Shown: positions 49,901-63,600 of the stretch, piece by piece
Numbering within the stretch: the stretch's first letter is position 1
Layout of the letters: each line of letters opens with the position of its first letter
NCBI RefSeq assembly: GCF_006345805.1
Contig: NC_043022.1
Coordinates: 11,408,001 to 11,472,000, forward strand
Direction of reading: 5' to 3'
DNA length: 64,000 nucleotides
Origin: Octopus sinensis
Lineage: Eukaryota
The notes under the pieces: generated by a model
Told to the model about the DNA's origin: nothing
Seen by the model: the letters and a program-made list of their open reading frames with translations, nothing else
The model's database searches: none
Position numbers and translations under genes: made by a program

Positions 49901-52900
49901 AATTTAACTACATAATTGGTTTGTACAAAAATACAGTCATTGTGAAATTGATGAAAACTCAAGTTTAAGATTTCGTTTTCTTAGGTTTTGGTTTAATTTT
50001 TTTTCTTTTAAAAGTACTAATATCTTACTCTTGTTATTTTTTTCTCTTTACCAGGGTAATGATGTGACATTGAAGTATACATTTAAAAAACCAGTTGAAC
50101 CTGATCAACATATGTCATTTGAAGTCCCTATATATGAAGTAAGCTTACCTTTCAAATCTGACACTTTGCTTATATGAAATGTTTTCATTTTTGGCATTTC
50201 TTTTTCTATGAAGGAGAGCATTAATTCATTTATATTTATGAAAGGAATTCACATCACAAAGTCTATGACTGCTAATATGTCTTATTCACAAATGTACATA
50301 CACATGCATATACTGTGGTGTATGTGGGAGATTTTAAATAAGGACACCTACCTTTTCTTCATCGATGCAGACCTCTCCAGCGGTAACGCACCATTCCATG
50401 TGGCCCGACCCGAATGCTAAAAATAGCAGCTGCTTTTTCCCCTACCTTGACAAAGCGCTCACACGTCCAGCTCTGTCAGTTACCCTGATCGAAAAAGGCC
50501 CAATGCTCCCCTGCCTGTGCACGCGTCATTCCTGTCCCTTCCTCTTCTGGTCAGCCCCCAGCTGCTGATGTCATCCCACATATACACATATAAGAGTTCC
50601 ATCTTTCATCTCAAATATTGTTGTTGTCGCTTGATTGACTGATTGACAAAATTGTCAGTATAGGCAGATGGTCTGGAAGGATAATGTTGATAATGACCTC
50701 AGTTTTCATGGTATTTAGCCAAAGAAAAAAAAAGTTTTGGCACACTCTTCACTCTTTCTTCTCTCTACTTGAGAGCACCTGTGTTTGTTCTGTATGGTTA
50801 GAGAGCAGATTGATGTTGTATGCATAATTGCATAATTTGGTTCTATTAGGAACACAGCAGGAGTCATCTAAACCACTCAAGTATAATAGGGAAATGAAGT
50901 TCTGACTTACTCTTGTATGTTGATGGCTTGTCTTAGTGTGTTGAATAACAAAGAGAAAGTGTGTGGGAGTGTCTCCTTGCAATACCTCTGCATGATGTCA
51001 GACTCAACATAGTTTCCACCTGGGAGTCACCACTTTGACTCCTGTTCCAGTGTACATAGTTCCTATAGCCTGTTGTAAGCTTGTTGAAACATCACAGGTT
51101 ACATTCGAGGAGTGGAAATGATATTGTAGCATCCACTGATTGCACAAGAAAATACCTGAAGCATGAACTCTGTTTCAACTTGTACAAGGACTCTGTGTGC
51201 GTGTGTGTGTGTACATTAGCACTAATACTCTATTTGAAAGACAGTATATCTGGCAGTGACATTCCAGCTATAATCATCGCAATTTCTTGTATTTATAACA
51301 GGGCCTACACTGTACATTGTCCTTCATTTTTAAGACTATAGATTGCATTGAAGAAAATTTGGCTGCTATTTCTACCAGATTTAGCAAAGACTTCCTTTTA
51401 AAATAACCAATAAATATGAGACAGATGGTGAAACTCATATATAATATGTTCATGTCAAAAAAATTAGTCCTAGTAATATAATGAGCATAGGTGGTTGTGT
51501 GAGAAGAAGCTTGCTTCTCAACATGGTTCTGGGTTCAATCCCACTGTATGACACCTTGGGAAAGTGTCTTCTACTAAAGCCCCAGCCCGACCAAAGCCTT
51601 GTGAGTGGATATGGTGGACAGAAACTGAAAGAAGCCTGTTTGTGTGTGAGTGTGTGCATCATCATTTAGCATCCAATGTCCATGCTGGCATGGGTTGGAC
51701 GGTCCTCCACACCACTTGACAACCAGTGTTGGTTTGTTTATGTCCCAATAACTTGGTGGTTCTGCAAAAGAGACTGATAGAATAAGTACCAGGTTTAAGA
51801 GAAAAAGAATAGAAATATGTAACGCTAATACATTAGGATCAGTGCATACACATCTCGTACAAAACATATTTAATATGTTCAGCATAAATAGTATTTGAAA
51901 CCTTGACAGTTGACACTAAAATATTATGAGAGAATAAGAAAGAACATACCTATTCCTGTTGTTTAATATTGTTTTTTTTTTGTTTTCAACAGCAACACTG
52001 GGAACGTATAAATGGTGGCCCTACAACTAGGGAATATCTTTTGATGGCTCTGGCTGGTTTAAAGAGAATAAGAATCAAAGCAACATACAGTGTGAACACT
52101 AACCTTGCTAGGTAAAAGCCTTTGTTTTCTTTTATTATTTTCTTCCCACTTTTAGAAGCTAAACAGCTTCTCTTAACATGTATGCACATCATCTAATTGA
52201 GACCTTTCATGCTAGGTGATAGAAATTTTGAAATGAGAAATTTTGCAAGGTAGAACAACACTGCTTTCAGGTTCTGGTGGGGTGGGAAGTGAGAGAGGCT
52301 CTTTTCAAAATTCAAAGGACTATGAAATCTTTTTTTTTATGAAGGAGGATCCCTAAGATATTCACAGACCCCACCAGACCCTAGTTTGATTCACTACTTG
52401 AACCCCATCCCTACCTCAGCTTATAGGTCTTGGGATGACGTAATCTGTTGCTCAGTTTAATGCTTCAACCATCATCATCTGGCCCCTGAGTACAAGTTAT
52501 CAAGGTTCATGCAGTTACCAGAATTTGAGACAAGTTTCTGGTTTGAGAATACTTACTTCCCTTCTTTCTGCTGGTCTCATAGGAACTGAATAAGGTAAAA
52601 GGGGCTACTTTTGATCCTCTAAGTCATAAAAATTTTTTTTTGAAACTTAAATTTCTTTCAACTTCAGCTAATCTTCTTAATCAGGTGATATCTGAGGGCT
52701 GAGTTTTCTTCTGTTGTTCAGATTACAATATGAGAAAACCTAGTGAGCAGTATCAATTATCTGAACCTGTTGTTGTTCAAAAATTTAAGGGAGTTCAACT
52801 AGGACAATTTTGTGTTTTTAGAGTTATCAAGGAATATCTAAGAATACATTGTCTGATGTGTTTATTCTTTTGCTTTTTTTTTTTTTTTTTCTAAGACTGT

Positions 52901-54568
52901 TGGGTGATAAGTGAGGGAGATTTAGTTGCTGATTGTAGCAGCTGGGGCAATCACAGAGGATTCCTTGTTACTTGGGGGTAACCAAATTAGATGGCTTCTT
53001 ATGAATATAATGAGTGGAATGAGATTACCCTTAATGTATATGAATCTGTTGAGACTCTAAGAAACCTTAGAACACAGTAATAGGTAGCAATATAGGGCTG
53101 GAATTCACAAATGTAAATCTGTTAAAATGGCGGCCTACAAATTCAAACATGGTCTTTGTCAAAGAGAAATTTAGTTTTGTCAAGAGAAAATTTAGCTCAT
53201 ATTTGATGTCAAGTTAATGGGATTTTTAAACTTCTGATTTTTAAAATTTTCTTTTGTTTGATATTTTTTTATAACAGCATCAAAGATGTAACACTTGATG
53301 TCGCTGAAAGGAGATTTGGTGGAGAAAGAGCTTATGCTGTTGAAGAGTGTAGTTGCCCCACTGGTTACCGAGGACTTTCTTGTGAGGTAAACCCATTTTG
53401 ACGTCTTTCACCTAAATTAGTCTGTCATATATACATTCCCTCAACAATTATGTAACCTTCTATCAATGAGTGGTGAAATCATTTGAGTGTCAGTCCAAAG
53501 TCATGGCCTTTTATGGTCAAAATTCAAACTGCTGAAATTAGCTTCACTTTTCACCCTTCCAGAGTCAACTTTGCTTTTCTGAGGCTGATAGAATAAGTAC
53601 TTATTTTATGCTGTGACCAGTATAATTGACTGATTATTACTTTAGTCAGAAACACTGTTAAATACCAGTTAAATATTTTGGTCTGTGTGAAGGTGTGTGG
53701 CTTAGAGTTTAGTGTATTGCATTTGCAATAGTTAAATCATGGTTCAATTCCCAGACTAGGTGGCATATTGTGTTCTTGAGCAAGCCACTTCATTTCATGC
53801 TATTCTGCAAATGGGAGAGTGGCAGAATTGCTGAAGCATCAGCTACAATGCTTTAGTGTAGACTAGCGCTATGACTCGGCAATGCTGGGTCATAGCGCTA
53901 GTTCATCCATATACAGCTGCGTGTGTGTGCACATACACACGAGTACTGTCTAAATCTCCAGCTAGCTGCCATTCAATTGGCGTATCAAGTTTCGGGCATT
54001 TTGATTGGGTTTTGGATAGAAAATTCACAAAAAAGTCACTTCTATTGACTTTTTAATGGCTTTGTGGGATGACTGGGGAAATGTAAAGATGTGCACGACC
54101 ACCCTTGGATGGTTTTGAATGACCATAGAAAGTGCGAGCCCTCTAACTGAAAAATTGTGGATTTGTATAAAGGACACACACACACAGACATTTTGCCGTT
54201 TATATATATAGAGATTTTCCAGCTCCTAACATTCTGAGTTCATATCCCACCCACCTGGAGAAGGCAACAAGAAACCACTCCAGTATTCATCCAAGTTCAG
54301 TCACTGTAGCCAAAGTGTCAATAACCTACTTGATGGCAGTAGTGCTGGAGAAGGTTCATAGGCACAGAACCAACCTAAGGGATGACCACTACTTGACTAG
54401 ACTTGGGTTTGTATGACTGAATGTTTCCTCTTATCATAATTTCTGGCCTTGTGCCTATGTTAGAAATTATTATTGCTATTATTATATCCAACCCATGCTA
54501 GTATGGAAAACAAATGTTGAGTGGTGCTTATTATTATTATTATTATTATCATCATCATCATCATCATC

Positions 54569-54609
<41 letters not shown>

Positions 54610-57600
54610 GGGATTGAAGCAGTCAGCTATATAATCTATCACAAAAAAAAACCCCAAAAAAGCTCATTCTGGACTTGTATGAAATTTTTATTATCATTGT
54701 TTTTTGTTGTTGTACTTACTGTTCTTTTTTTCTCTTTCAATAGTCTTGTGATGTTGGCTACATGCGAACTGTACAAGGTCTTTACCTTGGACTGTGTGAA
54801 GAATGTCGCTGCAATGGTCACTCTTCCGAGTGCGATCCAGTCACAGGTGCATGCAGGGTAAGAATTCAGAAGCTTTTTGTTTTTCTTAAATTAAGACACT
54901 TGACAAGCTCCCACTCAAATTAATTGACATGAATTTACTTTTAATGCCTTCCTGTTAAATTTAACAGGAAGATGTTTTTTCTTGCGACATTATATGTAAC
55001 CATTGTTGGGTGGGGTTGTTTTGTAGTTGTTCTTTAGTCCCAGTTCAACTCTGATCAAGCAGACCTTCGATCAAGTCATTTTAGAGACAAGTTAGGGTTA
55101 GGGTCTAATTTATTTGATGTCTTTCCTGTGTTTTCTTTTAAGACAATGGATGTAATTTGGGAGAGATTTGACTTCTAGTTCTATTTGGTCAAACAAATCA
55201 CTTGGTCTTCTTTTTAAGAGCTTTAGTCATAACTGAGCCAGTCCGTACAGATTGGTGAAGTGGCAGCATTGTTTGTTAACACTTGTAAACATCAGGCATT
55301 AAATTCACCTATTGAACTTTCCAAGGGAGCCAACATGGAAACCATTATGTGGTCATAACAGTTTTGCAGTTGGTCTTAGTCAGTATTTTAGTGTGAAACG
55401 TACATGCATACCAGATAATTCTTAGAATGCACTGGAAGTAGTTCATGTGGAGGTGCTGCTTAGTCTTAATGTGACAACTAAAGAAGACATCGAATTTCAC
55501 AGCTGTTGAAGAGGATATTTCTTGTAAGGACCTGGTCAAGGTGGTACTTTAGATACTCATCAGCGGTATTACTGATTCAATCGCAGTGAAAGCACAGTGT
55601 GGCTTTAAGAAGAAAGGTGGTTGACTTTATTTTCACAGCCTGACAGCTTCTGGGAAATGTTGGAAGCAACACCATTATCTGTACTCACACACACACACAC
55701 ATTTATCCCTCTTTGTGCTCATATACGAGGGGCGTTCAATAAGTAATGCCCCTGACCCACTTCCCATAGCAGTAGAGCAACGACACTTGGCACAGTTATT
55801 AGTCTTTTCCTACATAGGAACTACCCAGAGTTATGCATTTCTCCCATCGTTTGATACAGCTCTGGAGACCGTTTTTGTAGAAGACCCCCAGCTTGGTCCT
55901 CCAACCACGACGTGACTTCAGAAATCAAGGCTGCATCATCTGGGAAACGCTTTCCTTTCAAAATCAACTTCATGGCTGGGAAGAGGTTAAAATCAGAGGG
56001 TGCAAGGGGAGGAGTTCATAGCTGCACGCCTGTGCTTCTGATCTGGTGACACGCGAGTTGTGGACCGGAGCATTGTCCTGCAGGAGGAGGATGCCTTTGC
56101 TGATCTTGCCCTGCCTCTTGATTTTGATAGCTTCTCTTAATTTCCTCAAAAGTGAAGCATAATAGGCTCCTGTAATTGTGGTACCCTTTGCCAGGAAATC
56201 TGTCATCACTACTCCGTCCTGGTCCCGGAAGACTGTGAGCATAACCTTGTCAGCGGAGGGCTGCACCCTTGCCTTCTTTGGAGGAGGTGAGTCACGGTGC
56301 TTTCACTGCATTGACTGGGCTTTGGTCTATGGATCATAGTGATGGACCCAGGTTTTATCCTGTGTGATCAGTCTTTTGAAAAATTTTGACTCATCTTCTT
56401 GGCACATCTCCAAATTCATCCTCGAGCACTCAACGCGTTCTTGCTTCTGGAAAGGTGTGAGCAACCTGGAAATCCATCTGGCAGACACCTTTTGCATATG
56501 CAAATGGTCATGAATGATAGTTTCCACAGACCCGGTACTAATCTTGACCGTATGGGCTATTTGGCGAATAGTTATGCGTTGACCTTCCAAAATGACAGCC
56601 TCAACTTGACGGACAGACGTCTCATCAACGGCAGAAGGGGGCGACCAGATCTGGGAGCTGTTTCCACAGAGTTCCGACCATGTTTGAATTCACAATGCCA
56701 GCGTTTTACAAGGTCATATGATGGGGCATCATCACCATAAGTTACTTTCATTTCATCAAAAGTCTCCCGTGGTGTGCGTCCTTTCAAATACAAAAACCAG
56801 ATCACTGCTCGACACTCAACAGGCTCCATTTCACACTTGACTCAGTTCAAACACCTGTAAATCGGAAACCACAATTAGTTCAGAGCTGTAATTCGCCACT
56901 TAATCTATAGAGGTATAAATAAGTGCACATGCAAAATTTCAGCTAGATCAAACAACTGCAAGTGGGTCAGGGGCATTACTTATTGAACGCCCCTCGTATG
57001 TTTATACATTTATATATCTCAGCTGTCTATATCTAGCTAGATGTAGAATACATGTCACACTGCATTTCATGTATATGCAATTAAAAATTACTCTCCATAT
57101 TTAGACATAAAAGGAAACTAGTCATTTTGTTTTATAGAAATTGTCTTTTGTGAAAAGAGCAGTTTGTATGATATTCAGTCATTGAATTTTTAGATATATA
57201 TATATATATATATATATATATTGATAAAACGGTAAGATAACAAAAGAAAGAAAGAGACCTCAATATTATGTAAATAGAGGAAATTTATCTATACAATATG
57301 TTACATTACTCGGTAGTCAAGATAAAACTCTGAGTTTCAGATGCCGAAGTGGAAATCCACAACACCATCTCTTCGGTTATCTAGCCAGATAACCGAAGAG
57401 ATGGTGTTGTGGATTTCCACTTCGGCATCTGAAACTCAGAGTTTTATCTTGACTACCGAGTAATGTAACATATTGTATAGATATATATATATATATATAT
57501 ATTAGTCAATATACTAGTAAAGACACATAGCTTCATGGTTGGGATGTTGCACTCACAATTGCATGACTGTGGTTTCATTTCCCAGACCAATAGTGCATTG

Positions 57601-60600
57601 TGTTCTTGAGCAAAACACTTCATTTCATGTTGCTCCATTTCATTCAGTCATAAAGCTAACACATTGTGACCGGTGGTGCATAACAACATCTGATAGTCCG
57701 GTTGATGTAGTGATACAATGACCAGTTACAATATTTCAACACTACCTTATCTTCATGCTTATACAGTTATTTTGTTATATAATCTTGATGTGTTGTACCA
57801 GTAATTTTAGACTGGAAAATGGTTAAAAATGTGAAATAAAATAATCTGTATCATCTGGAATTTTCTTTGTAGAACTGCAAACATAACACAGAAGGAGATC
57901 ACTGTGACCGCTGTGCTCCAGGTTATTATGGAAATGCAAGCAAGGGATCCATCAATGATTGCCAGAAATGTCCTTGTCCTTTGACCGACCGACCAAACCA
58001 GTAAGTTTTATCTTGAATTATGTTCTCTTATATTACTCTATGTATTACTCTATGACTGGCCATGATCTTATTGTGTAATTCTGAGTTTCATTCCTCCTTT
58101 GCTGTTATCATAATTGTAATAACACAAGGTAGTTGATCCAGCAGACTCACAATTAAAGGTATTCCATCTATGATCATCCCATCGTTACTACCAAGGACAA
58201 CTTATTCAATGCATCCTTCTTTATTTAAGATAGCAGATTATGATTTGCATGAGATTTGGTTGGTATTTCTAGTAGGTCGAATGACTTTGTAGAAACTTCC
58301 CTGTTTGATTGATTAACTGGTGGTTGTCATTGCTTAACATCATCATCATTGTTCGACCGTGGTCAAGACAATGGAATTTACTATGCTATGCCAGACTTCA
58401 CGGTCCATCATGGCATTACGGAGGTCCTGTTGCTGGATGCCTGTATCCCTGGAGATTACTTCAGGGTAGGAGAGTGTGCGCCCTCTGCTATTGTGAGTAG
58501 ATGGCTTCCAGAGGAGAAGAGTAGAAATTACCTCTTTTTCAGCTCTACAACAATGTCCAGCAAACTGGTTAGCTCTGACTTGGCAGATCCATGATGAAGG
58601 GCATTTTGTCTGTGAAATCCAGAATTCATTGAAGCTGGTGACAGTCTCTAATGTCAGAAATGATTAGTTCATAGGAGAGTTGATAGATGGATTTAATAAA
58701 TTTAAACTATGGAAATGAGAGAGAGGTAGTGTAAAATAATCAGTAGTATGAGATAGGATGTGACAAATGAAAGAGTCATTCCAACTGTGACCGTCTCACC
58801 TTTTTTAAACTGCATTATTTAATGTGATCTTACTTCTTTTTTTTAAAAAGAGGCAGGGTGTGAATTGAGAAAAATTTAGCTGCTATTTCTGGCAAAGCAA
58901 TCAACCATTTACAGGTTGTTTTGTTGGCTTGAATACTATGATCTTGGATCTTGTAGATGTTGCTATTGCTTAGCCCAGGTCAGCCCTGATTAAATAAACC
59001 TGTGATCAGAAGCATTCCAACTATGACCATCCAGTCTTTTATTCAGATACAGAATAAGACAGACTACACTATCCAAAGTCTCTCTCTCTTTTATGTGAGA
59101 TATTTGGATGCTATTTCTAGCAGGTCATACAACTTTGAAGAAGCTTCCTTCTACTGTACAGAGTGATATACTATTGTACATCATAGAGTGGTATAGTGCG
59201 TTATAGTTGGCTATATATTGAGATAGTATTTTATGATGAGTTTTAGTATGAGTATATGTTACAGTGTGGTATGATGTGCTGTAGTGTGGTGTTAAGTATT
59301 AGTGGTATGGTAAACTAATAGTATATGTTGTACTGTTGTACAGTACTGTATGATGTAATACCGGATGATGTGATACTGGATGATGTGATATAATGTGTTT
59401 CTTTATTGCCCACAAGGGGCTAAACATAGAAGGGACAAACAAGGACAGACAAATGGATTAAGTCGATTACATTGACCCCAGTGCGTAACTGGTACTTAAT
59501 TTATCGACCCCGAAAGGATGAAAGGCAAAGTCGACCTCGGCGGAATTTGAACTCAGAATGTAACGGCAGACAAAATACGGCTACGCATTTCACCCAGTGT
59601 GTTAACGGTTCTGCCAGCTCGCCGCCTTGCTGTTGTATGATTGTGCTAAAGAATGGCTAATGTACTATATAGCATTATACTGTGCTCATACAGTGCAATA
59701 GTACTGTATGACATTGTGATGTGTTTCAATATCTTATGGCTTCCACTTGTCTACCACAATGTAATATGAACCACTTTCCTTTCCTCTTTCCTATAGGTTC
59801 AGTCCAACGTGTATTTTGGACAGAGACGGTCAAGTTACCTGCACAGCCTGTCCTCCTGGTCATGCAGGACGCCGATGTGAAAGGTGAGTCAAATGAATAA
59901 GCATTGCATTATTATCAACCAGGATTTCTCCTATTTCGAAGCAGTTGAGTATTTTGTCCTTTGTAGATAAATTTTCAAACTTCCTGTTACTCTCTCTTTC
60001 AGATGTCTGCCTGGCTATGAGGGCAACCCCATGGCTCCTGGAGATTTCTGTAAAACACGCAGTAAGTACAAAGTTTCTGAAAAATTAATTCTTTTATTAT
60101 TGTTATTTATGATAACTACTAATTGAGCACTAGGGTCAATGTAATCGACTTAGCCCCTACTCCCAAAATTGCTGGCCTTGTGCCAAAATTTGAAACTATT
60201 ATTGTTGTCTACCCATATGATCACTCTTGAGCATGTAGACTTATGATCAAATACTTTCCAACTTTGACCATCCCATTTCATTTTCAGATATAGTATACCT
60301 AATATTGTATCAACCAGTTTACACTTTATTTTTTTAAGACAGTAGAGTGTGATATGAGAGAGATTTGATTATTATTTCTAGCAAGCCAAGTGGCCACATC
60401 AAGGCTTCTACATTGTTCTATTTGCACACTTTCTTGTTGGCAGCCTTGACCTAGCAGACCTCTAACTATGTAGAGTTCCAAGTTGGAAGTTAGTATGAGA
60501 CTAACCAGCTCCAAAAACATGTAATTATGTTAAAGCAATGATAAATAAAAGCGTATTTACACACAGAATTAATTAATGTACCATATGGTATATTAATTTA

Positions 60601-63600
60601 AGTTAACAATTAGACTTTATAATTATGCAATAAATAATTAAGACTAATGCATCTACTGTTTTTCAAGCAGATGGTTTCTCTGAAACATTTACTTTCTGAC
60701 ATAAGTGTACAGTTCTCTCTCTCTCTCTCTGTTAATGATTCCTTTGTTATTAATTCAACAAGTATGAGGTCAGAATAAAGCTAAAACATGTTTGGGAGAT
60801 AAAATTAGTTATTTGTTATAACAACAGAATAGCTCTCTGGTTGTGAAGTCTGCTTTACAACCACTTGGTTTCAGGTTCCATTTCACTGCATGGTACTTTG
60901 GACAAGGGTTTTCTACTATAGCCTTAAGCTAACCAATGATTTATCTGTAAAATTAGATAAAAACTGTACAGAATTTCATTGAATGTGTTTTTCCATTGAG
61001 ATCTTTTGAGCAATGGTGATGTTTGTTTACATTTATTATAAACACTATGTCCCAAACCTTGGTAGTTTCAACTTGTAAAGGCCAGTGAAATAACAAAATA
61101 CTTTATTTGAAAAACAAATAAAAATTGGCAATAGGAAGGACATCTGACTGTAGAATACTGCCTCAATAAATCTCATTCAGTTCTTCAAGTATGGACATCT
61201 TCACTATATATTTCTAGTAAGCCATTTTGATTTTTCATGCTTTAGCTCCCTAGCATTTAAACCAACCATATCCAGCCCAAATATTCTATCTCTTTTATAT
61301 TCTAAGCAACCAGATCCAGCCTCTTACACCTACACAACAACGTCATTCTGAATACATATAATCACATCATTAAAATCTCAAAGCTACAAGATAATGCATG
61401 ATTAAATTAAAACAATGTTAATATATAAGCATTACATTTGACAGGCACGTAGCTTAGTGGTCAGAGGCATTCAGCTCATGATTGTAAGGTTGTGAGTTCA
61501 ATTCCCGGAGACGCATTGTGTTCTTGAACACGACACTTTATTTCATGTTGCTGCAGTCCACTCAGCTGGCAAAAATGAGCAGTACCTGTATTTCAAAGGG
61601 TCAGCCTTGTCACACTCCATGTCACGCTGAATCTCCCCGAGAACTACGTTAAGGGTACACATGTTTGTGGAATGCTCAGCCACTTACACGTTAATTTCAT
61701 GAGCAAGCTGTTCAGTTGATCGTATCAGCTGGGACCCTCATCGTTACAACCGATGGAGTGCTCCTACATTTGACAGAGTAACCTGAATACTAAAGGGGTA
61801 AATATCTTAGCATGAACTTAACTATTTATACCTTACTTGTGGATGAAAAAAATGTCCATAGTTGAGTATGTTTGTATGTTTATATATATACATGTGTTTA
61901 TTTTTATTATCTCCACAGATACCACCAGCTGTATGTGTGATCCACGTGGAACTGTACAGAACACACAATGCGATGCCAATACTAAACAATGTAGATGTAA
62001 GGTATGTCGATATCCTATTATTATCATAAATTAAACATTTAATCATAAAATCTGTAGTGCAAATTGTTAAGGGGTTTGTCTACAGCTTCCTGACTTTAAA
62101 TTCAATCATTATTAGAATTTGTTACAGCTCTTTACATACTGAGTTCAAGTCTTGCCACAGCCAGCTTTGCTTTTCTTCCCTTTTGGGTCAAGAAAATAAA
62201 GTACCAGTCAAGTATTGGGGTCAATGATATTGAACAAACCTTTTGTGGAGGCACATGGCCTAGTGGTTAGAGCAGCAGACTCATGGTCAAGGGATCACGG
62301 TTTTGAATCTCAGACCGGGAGATGTGTATGTTTATGAGCGAAAACACCTAAGCTCCACGTGGCTCCAGCTGAAGGTAATGGCGAACTTCTGTTGACTCTT
62401 TCGCCACAACTTTCTCTCACTCTTTTCTCCTGCATCTTGCAGCTCACCTACGACGGACTGGCGTCCCGTCCAGTTGGGGAACCTATACGCCAAGGAAACC
62501 GGGAAACTGGCCCTTATGAGCCAGGTGTGGCTCGAGAAGGAACAACCTATAACAAACCTTTTCCTAATTTAGAAACTGCAGTTGTTGTTATTATCCTTAT
62601 TAAGGTGGTGAACTGGCAGAATTGTTAGCAAGCCAGGCAAAATGCTTAGCAACATTTCATCTGCTTTGATGTTCTGAATTCAAATTCCACCAAGGTTGAC
62701 TTTGCCTTTTGTCTTTTGGGGGTTGCTAAAATAAGCACCAGGTTCACACTGGAGTTAATGTAAGTACTTAGTCTTCTCCCAAAAAATTTCAAGCCTTGTG
62801 CCTTTAGTGGAAAGGATTATTATTATTAAGGCAACAACCAGGCTGAGTTGTTAGCAGACAAAATGCTTAGCAGTCACTGAAGTCAATTTTCCCTTCCATT
62901 CTTTTTGGGGCCAATAAAATAAGTTCTAGTTGAGTTCTGGGGTTGATGCAACTTACCCCTTCTCCCGAAGTTTCTGTCCTTGTGCCAAAATTTGAAACCA
63001 TTATTATTATTAATGGCATAAAGGAAGTGAAACGATTACAACTGGGAAACAAAACAAACTCAGGTTTCGGATTTGGGTCACTGGGACTTAAATATCTACT
63101 GTTATGTACTTGTGTATATAATCTGTCTGCCTCTGTGTGTGTGTATACATATCGGTGTCATGCAAATGGCACCCATGTTGGTGGCATGTAAAAGCACCCA
63201 TGAAACTTGGGTGGTTGGTGTTAGGAGGGTATCCAGCCATAGAAAACCATGCTAAATCAGACTGGAGTCTGGTGCAGCCCTGGTCAAACCATCCAACCCA
63301 TGCCAGCATGGACGACAGATGTTAAATGATGATGATGATACTAAAGGAAGATGAACAGATAACTGTTAGTTCAGCTCGTGCTGTGTATAACATATGATGT
63401 GTTGCTACCGAAATTGGAGTTGCAAAGTACCTACTCTCATTTAAAGTGTTGATGTATTATTAAAACTTGTCACTTCATGCTGCAGCATTTCCATATTCCA
63501 GGCATTGACTAAATTAACAACTGTCTTTTTTTTGTTAACTTCTAGGCATTTGTACAGAGGACAAAGTGTAATGCTTGTAAACCAAACTACTTCTATTTGA

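Noticed and set aside
55092-55103. TTAGGGTTAGGG telomeric repeat
   Set aside because: Only two units; compatible with chance.
55970-56829. SETMAR-like host gene
   Set aside because: No SET domain; broken frames between intact TIRs.
59150-59395. degenerate pentanucleotide (GTATG/AGTGT-like) tract
   Set aside because: Decayed simple repeat with no further structure.
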